Origin: Eledone cirrhosa
Taxonomy: Eukaryota
Assembly (NCBI GenBank): GCA_964016885.1
Contig: OZ024755.1
Span: forward strand, 18,600,001-18,664,000
Direction: 5' to 3'
DNA: 64,000 nt
Shown here: positions 12,950 through 24,480 of the stretch, piece after piece
How the letters are laid out: every line of letters starts with the position of its first letter
Numbering within the stretch: the first letter of the stretch is position 1
Program-made: the position numbers and the translations under genes
Notes under the pieces: generated by a model
What the model was told of the DNA's origin: nothing
Seen by the model: the letters and a program-made list of their open reading frames with translations, nothing else
Database searches by the model: none

Positions 12950-13900
12950 CTGATGATGATGGTGGTGGTGGTAATTAATGGTGGTGTTGGTGGTGCTGAT
13001 GATGATGGTGGTGGTGGTGGTAGCGATGGTGGTGTTGGTGCTGATGATGATGGTGGTGGTGGTGGTGGTAGCGATGGTGGTTTTGGTGCTGATGATGGTG
13101 GTTTTGGTGGTAGCGATGGTGGTGTTGGTGCTGATGATGGTGGTGGTGGTGGTAGCGATGGTGGTGTTGGTACTGATGATGGTGATGATGGTGGTGGTGG
13201 TGGTGGTGGTGGTAGCGATGGTGGTGTTGGTGGTGGTGGTGGTATACATATATTCAACAGGTCAGTGATGACAGAATTGCTGTAACAATGGTAGTGATGA
13301 TGATGATGATGATCGTGACTATGGTGATGGTTGTGGTCGTAGTGTAGGTGGTGACAATAGCAATGGCGGTGTTGTGGTGGTAGTGATAGTGATGGTGGTA
13401 GTGGTGCTGGTGACTATAGTAATGGTGGTAGTAGTGGTGAGAGTGATAGTGATGGTGGTAGTTGTGGTGGTAGTAGTGTAGGTGGTGGTGGTGGTCGTGT
13501 AGGTGGTGGTAGTGGTGCTAGTGACTATAGTAATGGTGGTAGTAGTGGTGATAGTGATAGTGATGGTGGTAGTTGTGGTGGTAGTAGTGTAGGTGGTGGT
13601 GGTGGTGGTGTAGGTGGTGGTAGTGGTGCTGGTGACTATAGTAATGGTGGTAGTAGTGGTGATAGTGATAGTGATGGTGGTAGTTGTGGTGGTAGTAGTG
13701 TAGGTGGTGGTGGTGGTGCTAGTGACTATAGTAATGGTGGTAGTAGTGGTGATAGTGATAGTGATGGTGGTAGTTGTGGTGGTAGTAGTGTAGGTGGTGG
13801 TGGTGGTGGTAGTGTAGGTGGTGGTGGTGGTAGTGTAGGTGGTGGTGGTGGTGCTAGTGACTATAGTGGCTATAGCACTGGTGGTAGTGGTGATGGTGGT
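12950..13900. repeat. GGT/GAT/AGT-rich low-complexity tandem array
   Basis: Direct reading; repeated gtgactatagtaatggtggtagtagtggtgatagtgatag units. Confidence 0.9.
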
Positions 13901-14110
13901 ATAGATATATTCAACAGGTCATCGATGAGAAAATAATCGGTCAGTGGGACAGACACCAAAGTCAGTGTCATACTAACCAAACTTGTTTTAAATGACAATC
14001 GATCTCATTTACTCAAAACGACATTGAGAGCATGTCACCCCCCCCCCCCCCTCATCTGCTACGGACACATATACTGGAGAATCAACATGTTATATATATA
14101 TATATATATA

Positions 14111-14438
14111 GAGGCACATGGCTTAGTGGTTAGAGCATCAAAAGGTTGTGAGTTCAATTCTCAGACTGGGTGATGTGTTGTTTCCTTGAGCAAGACACTT
14201 TATTTCACATTGCTCCAGTTTACTCAGCTGTAGAAATGAGATGATAGGGACCCCACTCCCTATCATTCCACTGCAAAGTGGTCGTGGAGGTGCCACGGCA
14301 AAAAAGCACCCAGCACTCACTGTAAATGAGGTTGGTGTTAGGAAGGGCATCCAGCTGTAGAAATCAAGCCAGAATCAGTTTCCGTCCCACCCTTGCAAGC
14401 AGGGAAAAAGCGGACGTAAAATGAAATGATGATGATGA

Positions 14439-14441
<3 letters not shown>
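14111..14441 (+). mobile_element. Near full-length SINE family A (tRNA head, CORE-like domain, RTE-derived tail)
   Basis: A-box tggcttagtgg, B-box gagttcaattc, ccttgagcaagacactttatttcac segment, tail gcaagcagggaaaaagcggacgtaaaatg(gat)n; near-identical to 52479-52815 and 62656-62994. Confidence 0.9.
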
Positions 14442-14481
<40 letters not shown>

Positions 14482-14486
<5 letters not shown>

Positions 14487-14587
14487 GGTGTCCTCCAAAA
14501 ATGTATACACACTTCAACAGCATTCTGATAAATATTGCCTGTACAGGTAATCAAAAGTGTGTTAACACATTTGGGGGGGGGGGGGGA

Positions 14588-14590
<3 letters not shown>
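14482..14590. mobile_element. Short Tc1/mariner (Tc3-like) MITE
   Basis: Left TIR TA|cagggtgtcctccaaaaatgtatacacactt; decayed right TIR aagtgtgttaacacatttggggg. Confidence 0.6.
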
Positions 14591-14636
<46 letters not shown>

Positions 14637-14765
14637 GAAGTTATATTTAATTTGTTGGGATACAACAAGCAAATATTTTTATAACTGATATAAAGCACTC
14701 AACAAATTATTGGAGTAAAAATACAATATATTAACAAATGGAAACTATATTTATAAAACCATATT

Positions 14766-14830
14766 TATTTCATTATACATATTTCAAGGACACCAAGTTA
14801 AATTATGGTGTGCTTTCATCAGATAAAATA
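14766..14830 (-). ncRNA. Mirror copy of the same hammerhead ribozyme
   Basis: Exact reverse complement of 14927-14991 within the palindrome. Confidence 0.72.
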
Positions 14831-14926
14831 TAATATAGAGCAGTTTTATAAATAAATATTGACATACCCTTAAAGTGCATTCTTCAAGGGTATGTCAATA
14901 TTTATTTATAAAACTGCTCTATATTA

Positions 14927-14991
14927 TATTTTATCTGATGAAAGCACACCATAATTTAACTTGGTGTCCTTGAAATATGTATAATGAAATA
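14927..14991 (+). ncRNA. Type I minimal hammerhead ribozyme, core intact
   Basis: Stem I TATTTTAT/ATGAAATA (one G-U); CTGATGA 14935-41; stem II aagcacacca/tggtgtcctt (one mismatch); GAAA 14972-75; 2-bp stem III with ATGT loop; AUA cleavage after 14983. Confidence 0.75.
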
Positions 14992-15032
14992 AATATGGTT
15001 TTATAAATATAGTTTCCATTTGTTAATATATC

Positions 15033-15096
<64 letters not shown>

Positions 15097-15334
15097 ATAT
15101 ATAGAGCAGCAGCAGCAGCAGCAGTAGTTCCAGCGTATTTACATTGATGCGACATTCTGTCTTTCATTAAGTCCACACTTTAAAACCATGACAGGATATA
15201 TAGGTTTAAAAGATAAACATTATACAATATATATGAGGCCCTTTTATATAGATAGATAATAGTAAGGAGGGGAGGGGCGTGAAATATAATCACTTTACAT
15301 CAAAACTAAATCAATTGCCCTGAAGAACAGCTTG

Positions 15335-15730
15335 CATATTCATCAGGATATATCACTGGACTCTATAAATGTGTGGTGCCTTAGTGGTTAGGATATAGGA
15401 CTTGTAGTCATAAGGTTGTGAGTTCAATTCCCAGAAGAAAACCTTACATATTCATCAGGATTTATCACTGGACTCTGTAAATGTGTGGTGCCTTAGTGGT
15501 TAGGATATTGGACTCGTAGTCATAAGGTTGTGAGTTCAATTCCCAGAAGAAAATCTTACATATTCATCAGGATATATCACTGGACTCTATAAATATGTGG
15601 TGCCTTAGTGGTTAGGATATTGGACTTGTAGTCATAAGGTTGTGAGTTCAATTCCCAGAAGAAAATCTTACATATTCATCAGGATTTATCACTGGACTCT
15701 GTAAATGTGTGGTGTCTTAGTGGTTAGGAC
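15335..15730 (+). repeat. 112-bp tandem array (3.5 units) containing a tRNA-like SINE head
   Basis: Unit starts at 15335, 15447, 15559 and 15671; A-box-like tgccttagtggtta and B-box gagttcaattcc in each full unit. Confidence 0.9.
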
Positions 15731-15770
15731 ATAAGTGTAAGCTGTAAATTTCACCCCCCATCCTCTATAT

Positions 15771-16067
15771 CAGTGCTCTCCAATTCTTTTTATACCACAG
15801 ATTGGCTTCATGTTGGACAATCTTTTCGTGGACTGGTAGTTGCATATGTGTTATTTAAGTGCATTTCAATACAGAGAACAATAATAAAAAGAGCAATTTA
15901 TTAAAGTAGATGGAAATCGAAAATTTAAACAAATCTTTTAAAATCAAAATCCAATATTCAATTTATCTATTATATAATTTTAAACAAGTTAATTATTTCT
16001 TTGCAGCCAGGTAGCAAATAATCCACAGAGTGGTACCGGTCTGCAGCCATGTGTTTGGGGACCTCTG
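15771..16067. mobile_element. hAT-Charlie-type MITE (MER1-like ends)
   Basis: Ends cagtgctctccaa / ttggggacctctg; subterminal ggtaccggtc; TSD ctctatat (15763-70) vs ccctatat (16068-75). Confidence 0.8.
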
Positions 16068-16875
16068 CCCTATATTATGAATGTGGCTTCAGTTGTGCCC
16101 TAAGAACACAATTACTGACAATCAGTCCAGAATCACAGAAAATACCGATTCCATGTTGTGATAAAATTGCTATTATCAAGCAACAGAATTCAGTTATAAA
16201 ACACTTTTTTTTTTCCATGACCAGAGATTCACACACACACACACACATAGATAATGAGCACACACACATATACATACATGGATTAGCAATGGAAGCCTGT
16301 AAGAGATCTATTTTTTTTCATTTGTAGCTAGTATTGGATAAAAGTGCCACAATGAATACAGTATATTGATTGTTACTTAAAGGTAATAAATGGAAAAAAT
16401 TGGGCAATAAAGAGGTTTAAGAAATTCCATTTACATCCTGAAACACGAGAGCATAAAACATTATAAGAAAACACACACTATATATATATAAAATATATAT
16501 ATATACAATATATATATATATATATATATTGTATGTATATATATATATATATATATATACACACAATATATATATATATATACACAATATATATATATAT
16601 ACACACAATATATATATATATACACACAATATATATATATATACACACACAATATATATATACACAATATATATATATACACAATATATATATACACAAT
16701 ATATATACACACAATATATATACACACAATATATATACACACATACATACATATACATACATATATACACACATACATACATATATATGAAGAAAACTTT
16801 GTTTCTAATCTTTTTCATTTATCAGAGTTAAGCAATATTAAATGTTACTATTTTTGTTTATAAAAAGCAATTTAA

Positions 16876-17273
16876 AAAACCAAAAGCCTTAAATAAAAAC
16901 CAAAAGCTTTAAATAAAAAACCAAAAGCCTTAAATAAAAAACCAAAAGCCTTAAATAAAAAACCAAAAGCCTTAAGTAAAAAACCAAAAGCCTTAAATAA
17001 AAAACCAAAAGCCTTAAATAAAAAACCAAAAGCCTTAAATAAAAAACCAAAAGCCTTAAATAAAAAACCAAAAGCCTTAAATAAAAAACCAAAAGCCTTA
17101 AATAAAAAACCAAAAGCCTTAAATAAAAAACCAAAAGCCTTAAATAAAAAACCAAAAGCCTTAAATAAAAAACCAAAAGCCTTAAATAAAAAACCAAAAG
17201 CCTTAAATAAAAAACCAAAGCCTTAAATAAAAAACCAAAAGCCTTAAATAAAAAACCAAAAGCCTTAAATAAA
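16876..17273. repeat. 21-bp minisatellite (aaaaaaccaaaagccttaaat), about 19 copies
   Basis: Direct reading; explains the VFYLRLL repeat ORF. Confidence 0.95.
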
Positions 17274-17616
17274 ATTTCTTTCTTTTTTCTTCTGACATGG
17301 AATTAGAGAATTTAAAGAGAAAACTCCTACAAGGTAGAACAGTTGTCAGGTATTTTATGTGAAGATCTTACCATTTCATATCTAATAAATTCTGTATTTT
17401 TCAGGAATAAAAGTAATTGACTAACCAAGTGTAAGCGATCCAAAGTTTCTTGATTTTGGGGGTTTGTTTTGAATTTTCATTATCTACAATTTGAAGATAT
17501 ATTCTAAAACCTGGACCAACAACTTCTACCATATTCTAGTATGAGGGGAAAATATACAGTACCAACATTTCACATCACAGCTATACAGCTGATATAAGAA
17601 CATTTTAAACCAGCTG

Positions 17617-17910
17617 TGGTGTGTGTGGCCTAGTGGTAAGTGTGTTGGACTTAAGATCATAATGTTGTGGGTTTAATTCCTGGACTGGGTTGTGTGTTGT
17701 GTTCTTCAGCAAAACACTTCATTTCACATTGCTCCAGTATACTCAGCTGAAAATAATTACCAGCAGCGATAGCTCGGGGTTTAACCCTGCTATGGACTGG
17801 CATCCTGTCCAAGGGAGAGTGTCTTGTCATCTCAGTCACTTCACACCACGGAAACCAAGATAAGCACCAGTCTGATGAGCCTCCTGGCTCAAGATAGGCT
17901 TTAGACTTAG
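17617..17910 (+). mobile_element. SINE family C (tRNA head plus CORE-like domain)
   Basis: tggcctagtggtaag...agcaaaacacttcatttcacattgctc...ggactggcatcctgtcc; homologous to 42250-42530, 50565-50802 and 62284-62537. Confidence 0.85.
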
Positions 17911-17953
17911 AATACAACCAACTAAAAAAAACAATACCCAAACAACAAGCGTT

Positions 17954-18170
17954 TTAACCCTTTAGCATTCACATTACTCTATATTTACTATTGTATTTTC
18001 GGAGTAAAGGCTTTATCTCACATAATATCGAATCTATGAGATTTTGAAAGTATTTATTTTGAGAACAATACCATAACATCAGTATGAGTGGCCAGTTACA
18101 GCTGGTTTGAACAGAAAGAGGTGAGAGAATTCTGGCCAGATACAGCCACCAGTTTAAATGCTAAAGGGTT
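17954..18170. mobile_element. piggyBac-like (TTAA) MITE
   Basis: ttaa|ccctttagcatt ... aatgctaaaggg|tt; same family as 46715-46930. Confidence 0.85.
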
Positions 18171-18254
18171 GTCACTTTCTCCACTAAAATATGAGTCAAC
18201 CTTGTAAGCCCCGTGATAGGATTCCTATTTATTATGATGCTCCCCACTGAGACA

Positions 18255-18755
18255 ATGTTTTACTGTGTACGAAAGGCCGGTTATATGATGCCTGTGTGAG
18301 ATGCATGATGCTGCATGGTAGTGAGACATGGGCAGCAACTGCAGAGGATATGCGACGGTTGGAGAGAAATGAAGCAAGCATGCTCCGTTGGATGTGCAAT
18401 GTCAATGTGCGTGAATGACCAAGCATAGACGAGTTGAGAAAGAAACTGTGTATAAGACGGATAAGTTGTGGTGTGCAGGAGAGAAGACTGCGATGGTATG
18501 GACATGTGATGCGCATGGAAGATGACCGCTGGGTAAAGAAGTGCCAAGAAATCCCAGTAGAAGGAAGACGCAGTAGAGGTAGACCACGAAAAACATGGGC
18601 GGAGGTAGTGAGAGCAGACCTCAGATCGCTGAAACTCACCGAGGAGATGATGAAGGACCGTGACAAGTGGAGAGATGCTGTGCTGAATAGGACCCGTCCA
18701 ACCCTTGCAAGCAGGGAAAAGTGGATGTAAAATGATGATGATGATGATGATGATG
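18255..18755 (+). pseudogene. RTE LINE 3' fragment with in-frame stop and (GAT)n tail
   Basis: KGRLYDAC...MLHGSETW...ERRLRWYGHVMRMEDDRWVKKC...GRPRKTW; its tail is shared with SINE family A. Confidence 0.92.
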
Positions 18756-21700
18756 TCCTTCCTATGAAAACATCTAGAGTGGCACCCCAACAACTGGCTG
18801 CTCCAGATGTAGGAATGTGACACGACATGGTCCTTCCTAGCACTAACCCTTTTAGTTGTCTCTTACAATATACAAGGACATGGTGTACCTATTTGAAACC
18901 AGGTACACACATATACAAAGACACAATAAATGATATAAGAACATCTAGAATCTAAATGTTTCCAAATTTAATGTTATATTTCATTGTCTGTTGTAATACA
19001 GGGATTACCTAATATGGTCTTTAAAGAGAGAGAGAGAGAGTGTGTGTGTGTACATATATGATATATGTGTGTGTGAGAGAGAGAGAGAGAGTGTGTGTGT
19101 GTGTGTGTGTGTATATGATATGTGTGTGTGTGTGAGAGAGAGAGCTGCGTTATTACAGATTCAGATAATTTCCTCCTGCGAAAGAAATCATGGTAGAAAA
19201 ACAGCAAAGTTGTAGACTGTCTTGTATGTTAGTTCATTTATGTCTACAATAGAAACTGTAGAAACGGTTTAGTTCATCAATATATAAGTATTTTGTCTGA
19301 GTTCAGTGAAGCAGAAGATGGTGAGGAGGTTACTATCTAATTAAAAACCACTGACACAAGGAAAATATATTGGTAAATTGATAGAACAGACTAGCAACAG
19401 ATGTTAAAGGATTTGATTTTTCTCTTTATTGCTACTCCAGTCTGGAGTTTTACAATAATATTTAACATTAGGGGAAAATTGAGATCAAAATAAAATAGAG
19501 AAAAAAATGAAATTTACTCTATTGTTATATATCTTATGAAAAACACTGCCTTTGGTCAGGACCAGATTTAGACCTTCGTGGGCTTGAGTTCGTTCAGATC
19601 AATATACAATAAAAAATACTAAATACATGTAAACAAAACTTTATCATCTTTTCTGTTTGGAGGAGGAGAGAGGGTCTCTGTTTGATGAGGAAAGGCCAGG
19701 GCGTTTGCTCCCCACCCTCCAATAAATTCAGCACTACATATGGTTTTTAAATAATTTTGAAAATAATAAAGGGTTTGAAGGTATTTCGTGAAATAACTAA
19801 CTTTCTCATTAATAAGCTGGTGTTTGGAATGTAACAAAGGTTCTTACAGAGAATTATTATGGAAGGTTTTTCAGTTTAATGATTCAGCCTCCATCGTGTT
19901 TCACATCCATGATAATGAAAGACAGATCATACATCTGAAGAAATTTCTTTTTTCACTCGCTGATGATAGCTTATTTGACTTTAATAGAAAGTGCTCATTG
20001 TCTAAGTGGCACCCATGGTACATGCTATGTTTGCTATACCCTAGTTGGGCCTCTGCATATGGGTCTTGATTGTTGGGTGAAGAAGTGCCAAAGATTCTAA
20101 GCGGAAGGATGTTGTGGAAGAGAAAGACCTGAGCATAGTTCATGAAAGCTGATTTAAAAAAAAAAAAAAACCTCATAAAAAAGATGACAAAGGGTTGAAA
20201 ACAAGTGGAAAAAGATTTGTCTCACTGATGCGAACATGGAAACAGACATTAAACTGATGATGATGATGATGATGATGATGATCACTCTAAAACACAGATT
20301 CTCAACCCATTTAGGCCAAACGCCTCCTTTTGTCACTCGAAATCACGAAATGGTAAGTTCTTTTGATTCTCAGTTTACAGCTATTACATTTCGTATATAT
20401 TTTACACCAGTAATATTCTTGTAGAAAGTACAAACATGATATTTCCTATTTCCTATTCTCTTAAAAATTCTTAGAATGTTGACTTCTCAAAAGAATGTAT
20501 TATGTGAAGAAATCACTCTTGTGTATCGTTTGTAAACTTCAAGAAATGAAGACATAACAAGTTATGTCATGAAATGTGGGTGTTAACTGTTAATAATGGA
20601 TACAGGAAGAAATACTGGGGGAGTTCCGCATGTGTGTGTGTTTCGGGCCAGACTTGTCTCATGAAGTTGACAGCATGTCTAACCCATGCAAACATGGAAA
20701 ATGGATGTTAAACGATGATGATGATGACATATATGTCATGATATATATGAGTGTTTATGTGTGTGTATATATATATGATGATGGCTGCAGTTTGATTTCG
20801 AGTAATGCCATTGCTTGATACTTAAACATGAGCATCACAGACATGGCTTTTTAGTCCTGCTAGAGTCCTATCTATTGCCAACAATACCACGCATCACAAA
20901 AAAATGTCACATGTCAAGCAAAGCCTGTGCTTGAAGCTTTTTTAAGTGAGGAAAGGCTTTGCATGATGCCAACCCCATTCTCTGATTATCGAATGCATTT
21001 GCTCAAAAAGAAAAACTAGTGTACATCATTGGATGAAAATGAAGTCGCAGGTTTTATATCAGAGTGACCTTCTCCTAGAGAGATGTCTTAATGAAGACTA
21101 GGAGTCTCTCGATCCACAAAAAAAAAAAAAAGTATCTGACCTTAGGCATAGAAAAAGATTATGTACTTGATGGGATTCTTGATAAATTTTCTCTCATAAT
21201 GAGAGAAAATTTATCAAAAAATTCTTTGATAAAACCTGAACAGAACAAAAGAAATATTAACAAATACATTTTTTTAAAGCAATTTGTTCATGTCTGCTTT
21301 AATTTCAAAAGCTTTTTTTCCTCAATATATTTTACACAATGACATTATAAAAATATTGTTGAACAAATAAATATCTTTCAATCATTCTTCACTGATTTAA
21401 TGAGATAATATTTTAGTGCTAACTAACCAAAATGTTAACCTCTTTCACTGACTATTTATTATCAAAGTGACCCTAGGATTTCTCAGGTTAAATACCTGAC
21501 AAAAGTAACTAGATAGGAGAGGTCGGTGGCATTCCTACACCAAACTTTAAACAAGTTTATTAACCCGGAGACCTAAACTGAGAAAGAGATGATAGGATTG
21601 GAGCCATAGTATTTCAGAATTTGACATTGTTATTGGCAAGTAACCAAGCTCATAGTTCAGCTAATTTACCAATTTAATTGTAACTGGAATTTAAAAAAAG

Positions 21701-22719
21701 AAAAACGTTTTCAATATAATTTTATGATGAAATTAAATTAGTAGTTTGTCTCTAACAATTGAATTTTCTCATTATTTTGGCAGAATATTGTTACATAAAA
21801 GTAATTGTAAAAAAAAAATTAAGGAAAATAGCCTGTGAGAAACAAAACAAACAAACACATTAAATAGAATAATTATAAAACCTGCCGAACATGAAACATG
21901 ACCACCATCACCACCATCATTGCCACCACCATCATCATCACTACCATCATTTAACGTCTATATTTCCATGTTTTGCATGGGTCAGACATAGCAAACAATA
22001 AAACGTACTCACTGAAAATATCGCTAATTTTTTAGAGATTAAAATAAATTAACCAACATTTTCTTTTCCCATTAAACACCATACTCATTACTAATTAGAC
22101 TATATTACAACGTAATTTATTTCAAGTAAATCATGACAATATACTAATTCACTTAGACACAATCTCTCACACCAATTACAAACATATGCAAATAAACACA
22201 CAGCCTTATTAACTATACCAAATCCAAGATTGTAATATTAATTAAAAATATATATATTCTTTCAACTGAACCATTGAAATTATAATATAATTAAGACTCC
22301 AGACTTGAATTATAAATGATTTAGAAATAACAATATTATCTCAAATATCTTCTCTTGCCATATTTCTAATGAAACACCCCCATATCATCACCATTATTTC
22401 ATGTTTGTTGTTCTATAATTGCATGGGTTGGATCGATCCTTCTCACAGTACAGCATCTCTTCACTTATCACATTCCTTTGTCATCTCCTCCATGAGATTT
22501 AGCAATCTGAGATCAGCTCTTCTCAGCACTTTAATACTTCTAATGAAATACAGCATCTATGTATTTAAATTATTTTTGAAAATAATCAAGAATTTCAAAG
22601 ATTTTGTAATATATTTAACTTTCCCATTACTAAGCAGTATTCAGAGAATAACTTGAGAAAAGTTGTTACATAAAATTATGATAGAATGTCTTTAGATAAT
22701 ATAAACACAAAGTTATGTT

Positions 22720-23116
22720 GGTGCCACAACATCCAGGCCGAAACAAATGAGATCGTGTAGGTGTCACGACAAAAAAAAACACAGTCCACGCTGTAATGTG
22801 ACCGTGTAGGCAACACGGTAAAAACCTTCCAGCCCCACACTGTAAATGTGGTTGGTGTTAGGAAGGGCATCCAGCTGTAGAAAACCCGCCAGACAGTCCA
22901 CGCTGTAATGTGGCCGTGTAGGCAACACGGTAAAAACCTCCCAGCCCCACACTGTAAATGTGGTTGGTGTTAGGAAGGGCATCCAGCTGTAGAAAACACG
23001 CCAGACAGTCCTATGCGAGCAAGACAACCACTCTTGCCTCAAGTGGGAAAACCCCCGTCCAAACCCATGCAAGCGTGGAACACGGACGTTAAACGATGAT
23101 GATGATGATGATGATG
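22720..23116 (+). mobile_element. RTE 3' UTR fragment with a 110-bp tandem duplication
   Basis: acagtccacgctgtaatgtg...aggaagggcatccagctgtagaaaac occurs twice; ends cacggacgttaaac(gat)n. Confidence 0.75.
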
Positions 23117-23359
23117 AAACACTATAAAAACAATGGGTTTTGTATCAGAGAAATTACAGCTTCAGCATTCCGTATTCAGAAGGGAGATAGGTGTAAAAGC
23201 CAACTTGCTATCTTTACGTCCCTTTACGGTCTGAGTTCAAATCCCGCCGAGGTTAACTTTGCCTTTCATCCTTATGGGGTCGATAAAATAAAGTACCAGT
23301 AATGTACTGGGTAATTGATGGCCTTGTGCCAAAAGTAGAAACAATTATTTGTGCCAACC

Positions 23360-24480
23360 CTTACCTTTGGTCAAGAATCTTGGGTAATAACCAAAAGGAT
23401 ATGATTGCAAATACAAATGGCCAAAATGGAGTTCCTCCGATGGGCCTTTGGAGTAATGTTACTCGATAAAGTGCTTGGCTAGGATATCGGAGACTCACTC
23501 CAGGTACAACCGCTACTTGGAGAGTCACTCCAGGCACAACCGTTACTCGGAGAGTCACTCCAGGTACAACCGCTACTCGGAGAGTCACTCCAGGTACAAC
23601 CGCTACTCGGAGAGTCACTCCAGGCACAACCGCTACTCGGAGAGTCACTCCAGGCACAACCGTTACTCGGAGAGTCACTCCAGGTACAACCGCTACTCGG
23701 AGAGTCACTCCAGGCACAACCGTTACTCGGAGAGTCACTCCAGGCACAACCGTTACTCGGAGAGTCACTCCAGGCACAACCGTTACTCGGAGAGTCACTC
23801 CAGGTACAACCGCTACTCGGAGAGTCACTCCAGGCACAACCGCTACTTGGAGAGTCACTCCAGGTACAACCGCTACTCGGAGAGTCACTCCAGGTACAAC
23901 CGCTACTTGGAGAGTCACTCCAGGCACAACCGTTACTCGGAGAGTCACTCCAGGTACAACCGCTACTTGGAGAGTCACTCCAGGTACAACCGCTACTCGG
24001 AGAGTCACTCCAGGTACAACCGCTACTTGGAGAGTCACTCCAGGTACAACCGCTACTCGGAGAGTCACTCCAGGTACAACCGCTACTTGGAGAGTCACTC
24101 CAGGCACAACCGTTACTCGGAGAGTCACTCCAGGTACAACCGCTACTCGGAGAGTCACTCCAGGTACAACCGTTACTCGGAGAGTCACTCCAGGTACAAC
24201 CGCTACTTCTCCAAATTGAAAGATCACAGCTCCGATACTATAGGTAATTTTTAGAATGTCTCAGGAAAGAATCACTGGACAGAATTTATAGGAAAAACCA
24301 ACTGGCAGGAGACCCAGGGGTACACCCCCCGAGCAAGATGGCAGGATAGTATCCATGAGCTTAGAGATCCAGCCGAATCAATTGGAGACAGTTGGTTCTG
24401 ACAGGACTTGCTGAAAGGAGTGTTTGAGGAATCTTCCCCCCCATGACCTTCCCAAAAATAAATGGGCAAAGAAGAATAAG
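23360..24480 (+). mobile_element. RTE LINE 3' fragment containing an expanded minisatellite
   Basis: Flanks align to the reverse complement of 7732-8110 and 1745-1985. Confidence 0.8.
23490..24207. repeat. 30-bp minisatellite (gagagtcactccaggtacaaccgctactcg), about 24 copies
   Basis: Direct reading; the unit is single-copy in the other RTE copies. Confidence 0.95.

Larger units (their letters stand above)
14636..15036 (-). mobile_element. Penelope-like element remnant: head-to-head palindrome inserted in (TA)n
   Basis: Perfect 146-bp arms 14726-14871 / 14886-15031 with 14-nt spacer; each arm carries an HHR motif followed by AATAAA; (TA)n on both flanks. Confidence 0.75.

Noticed and set aside
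14111-14175. tRNA-like sequences here and at other SINE heads
   Set aside because: They continue into SINE bodies and lack a complete cloverleaf, so they are not tRNA genes.
19555-20055. Possible hAT remnant (caggaccagatttag end; CETRW-like peptide on the minus strand)
   Set aside because: Too degenerate, with stops and no TSD confirmed.
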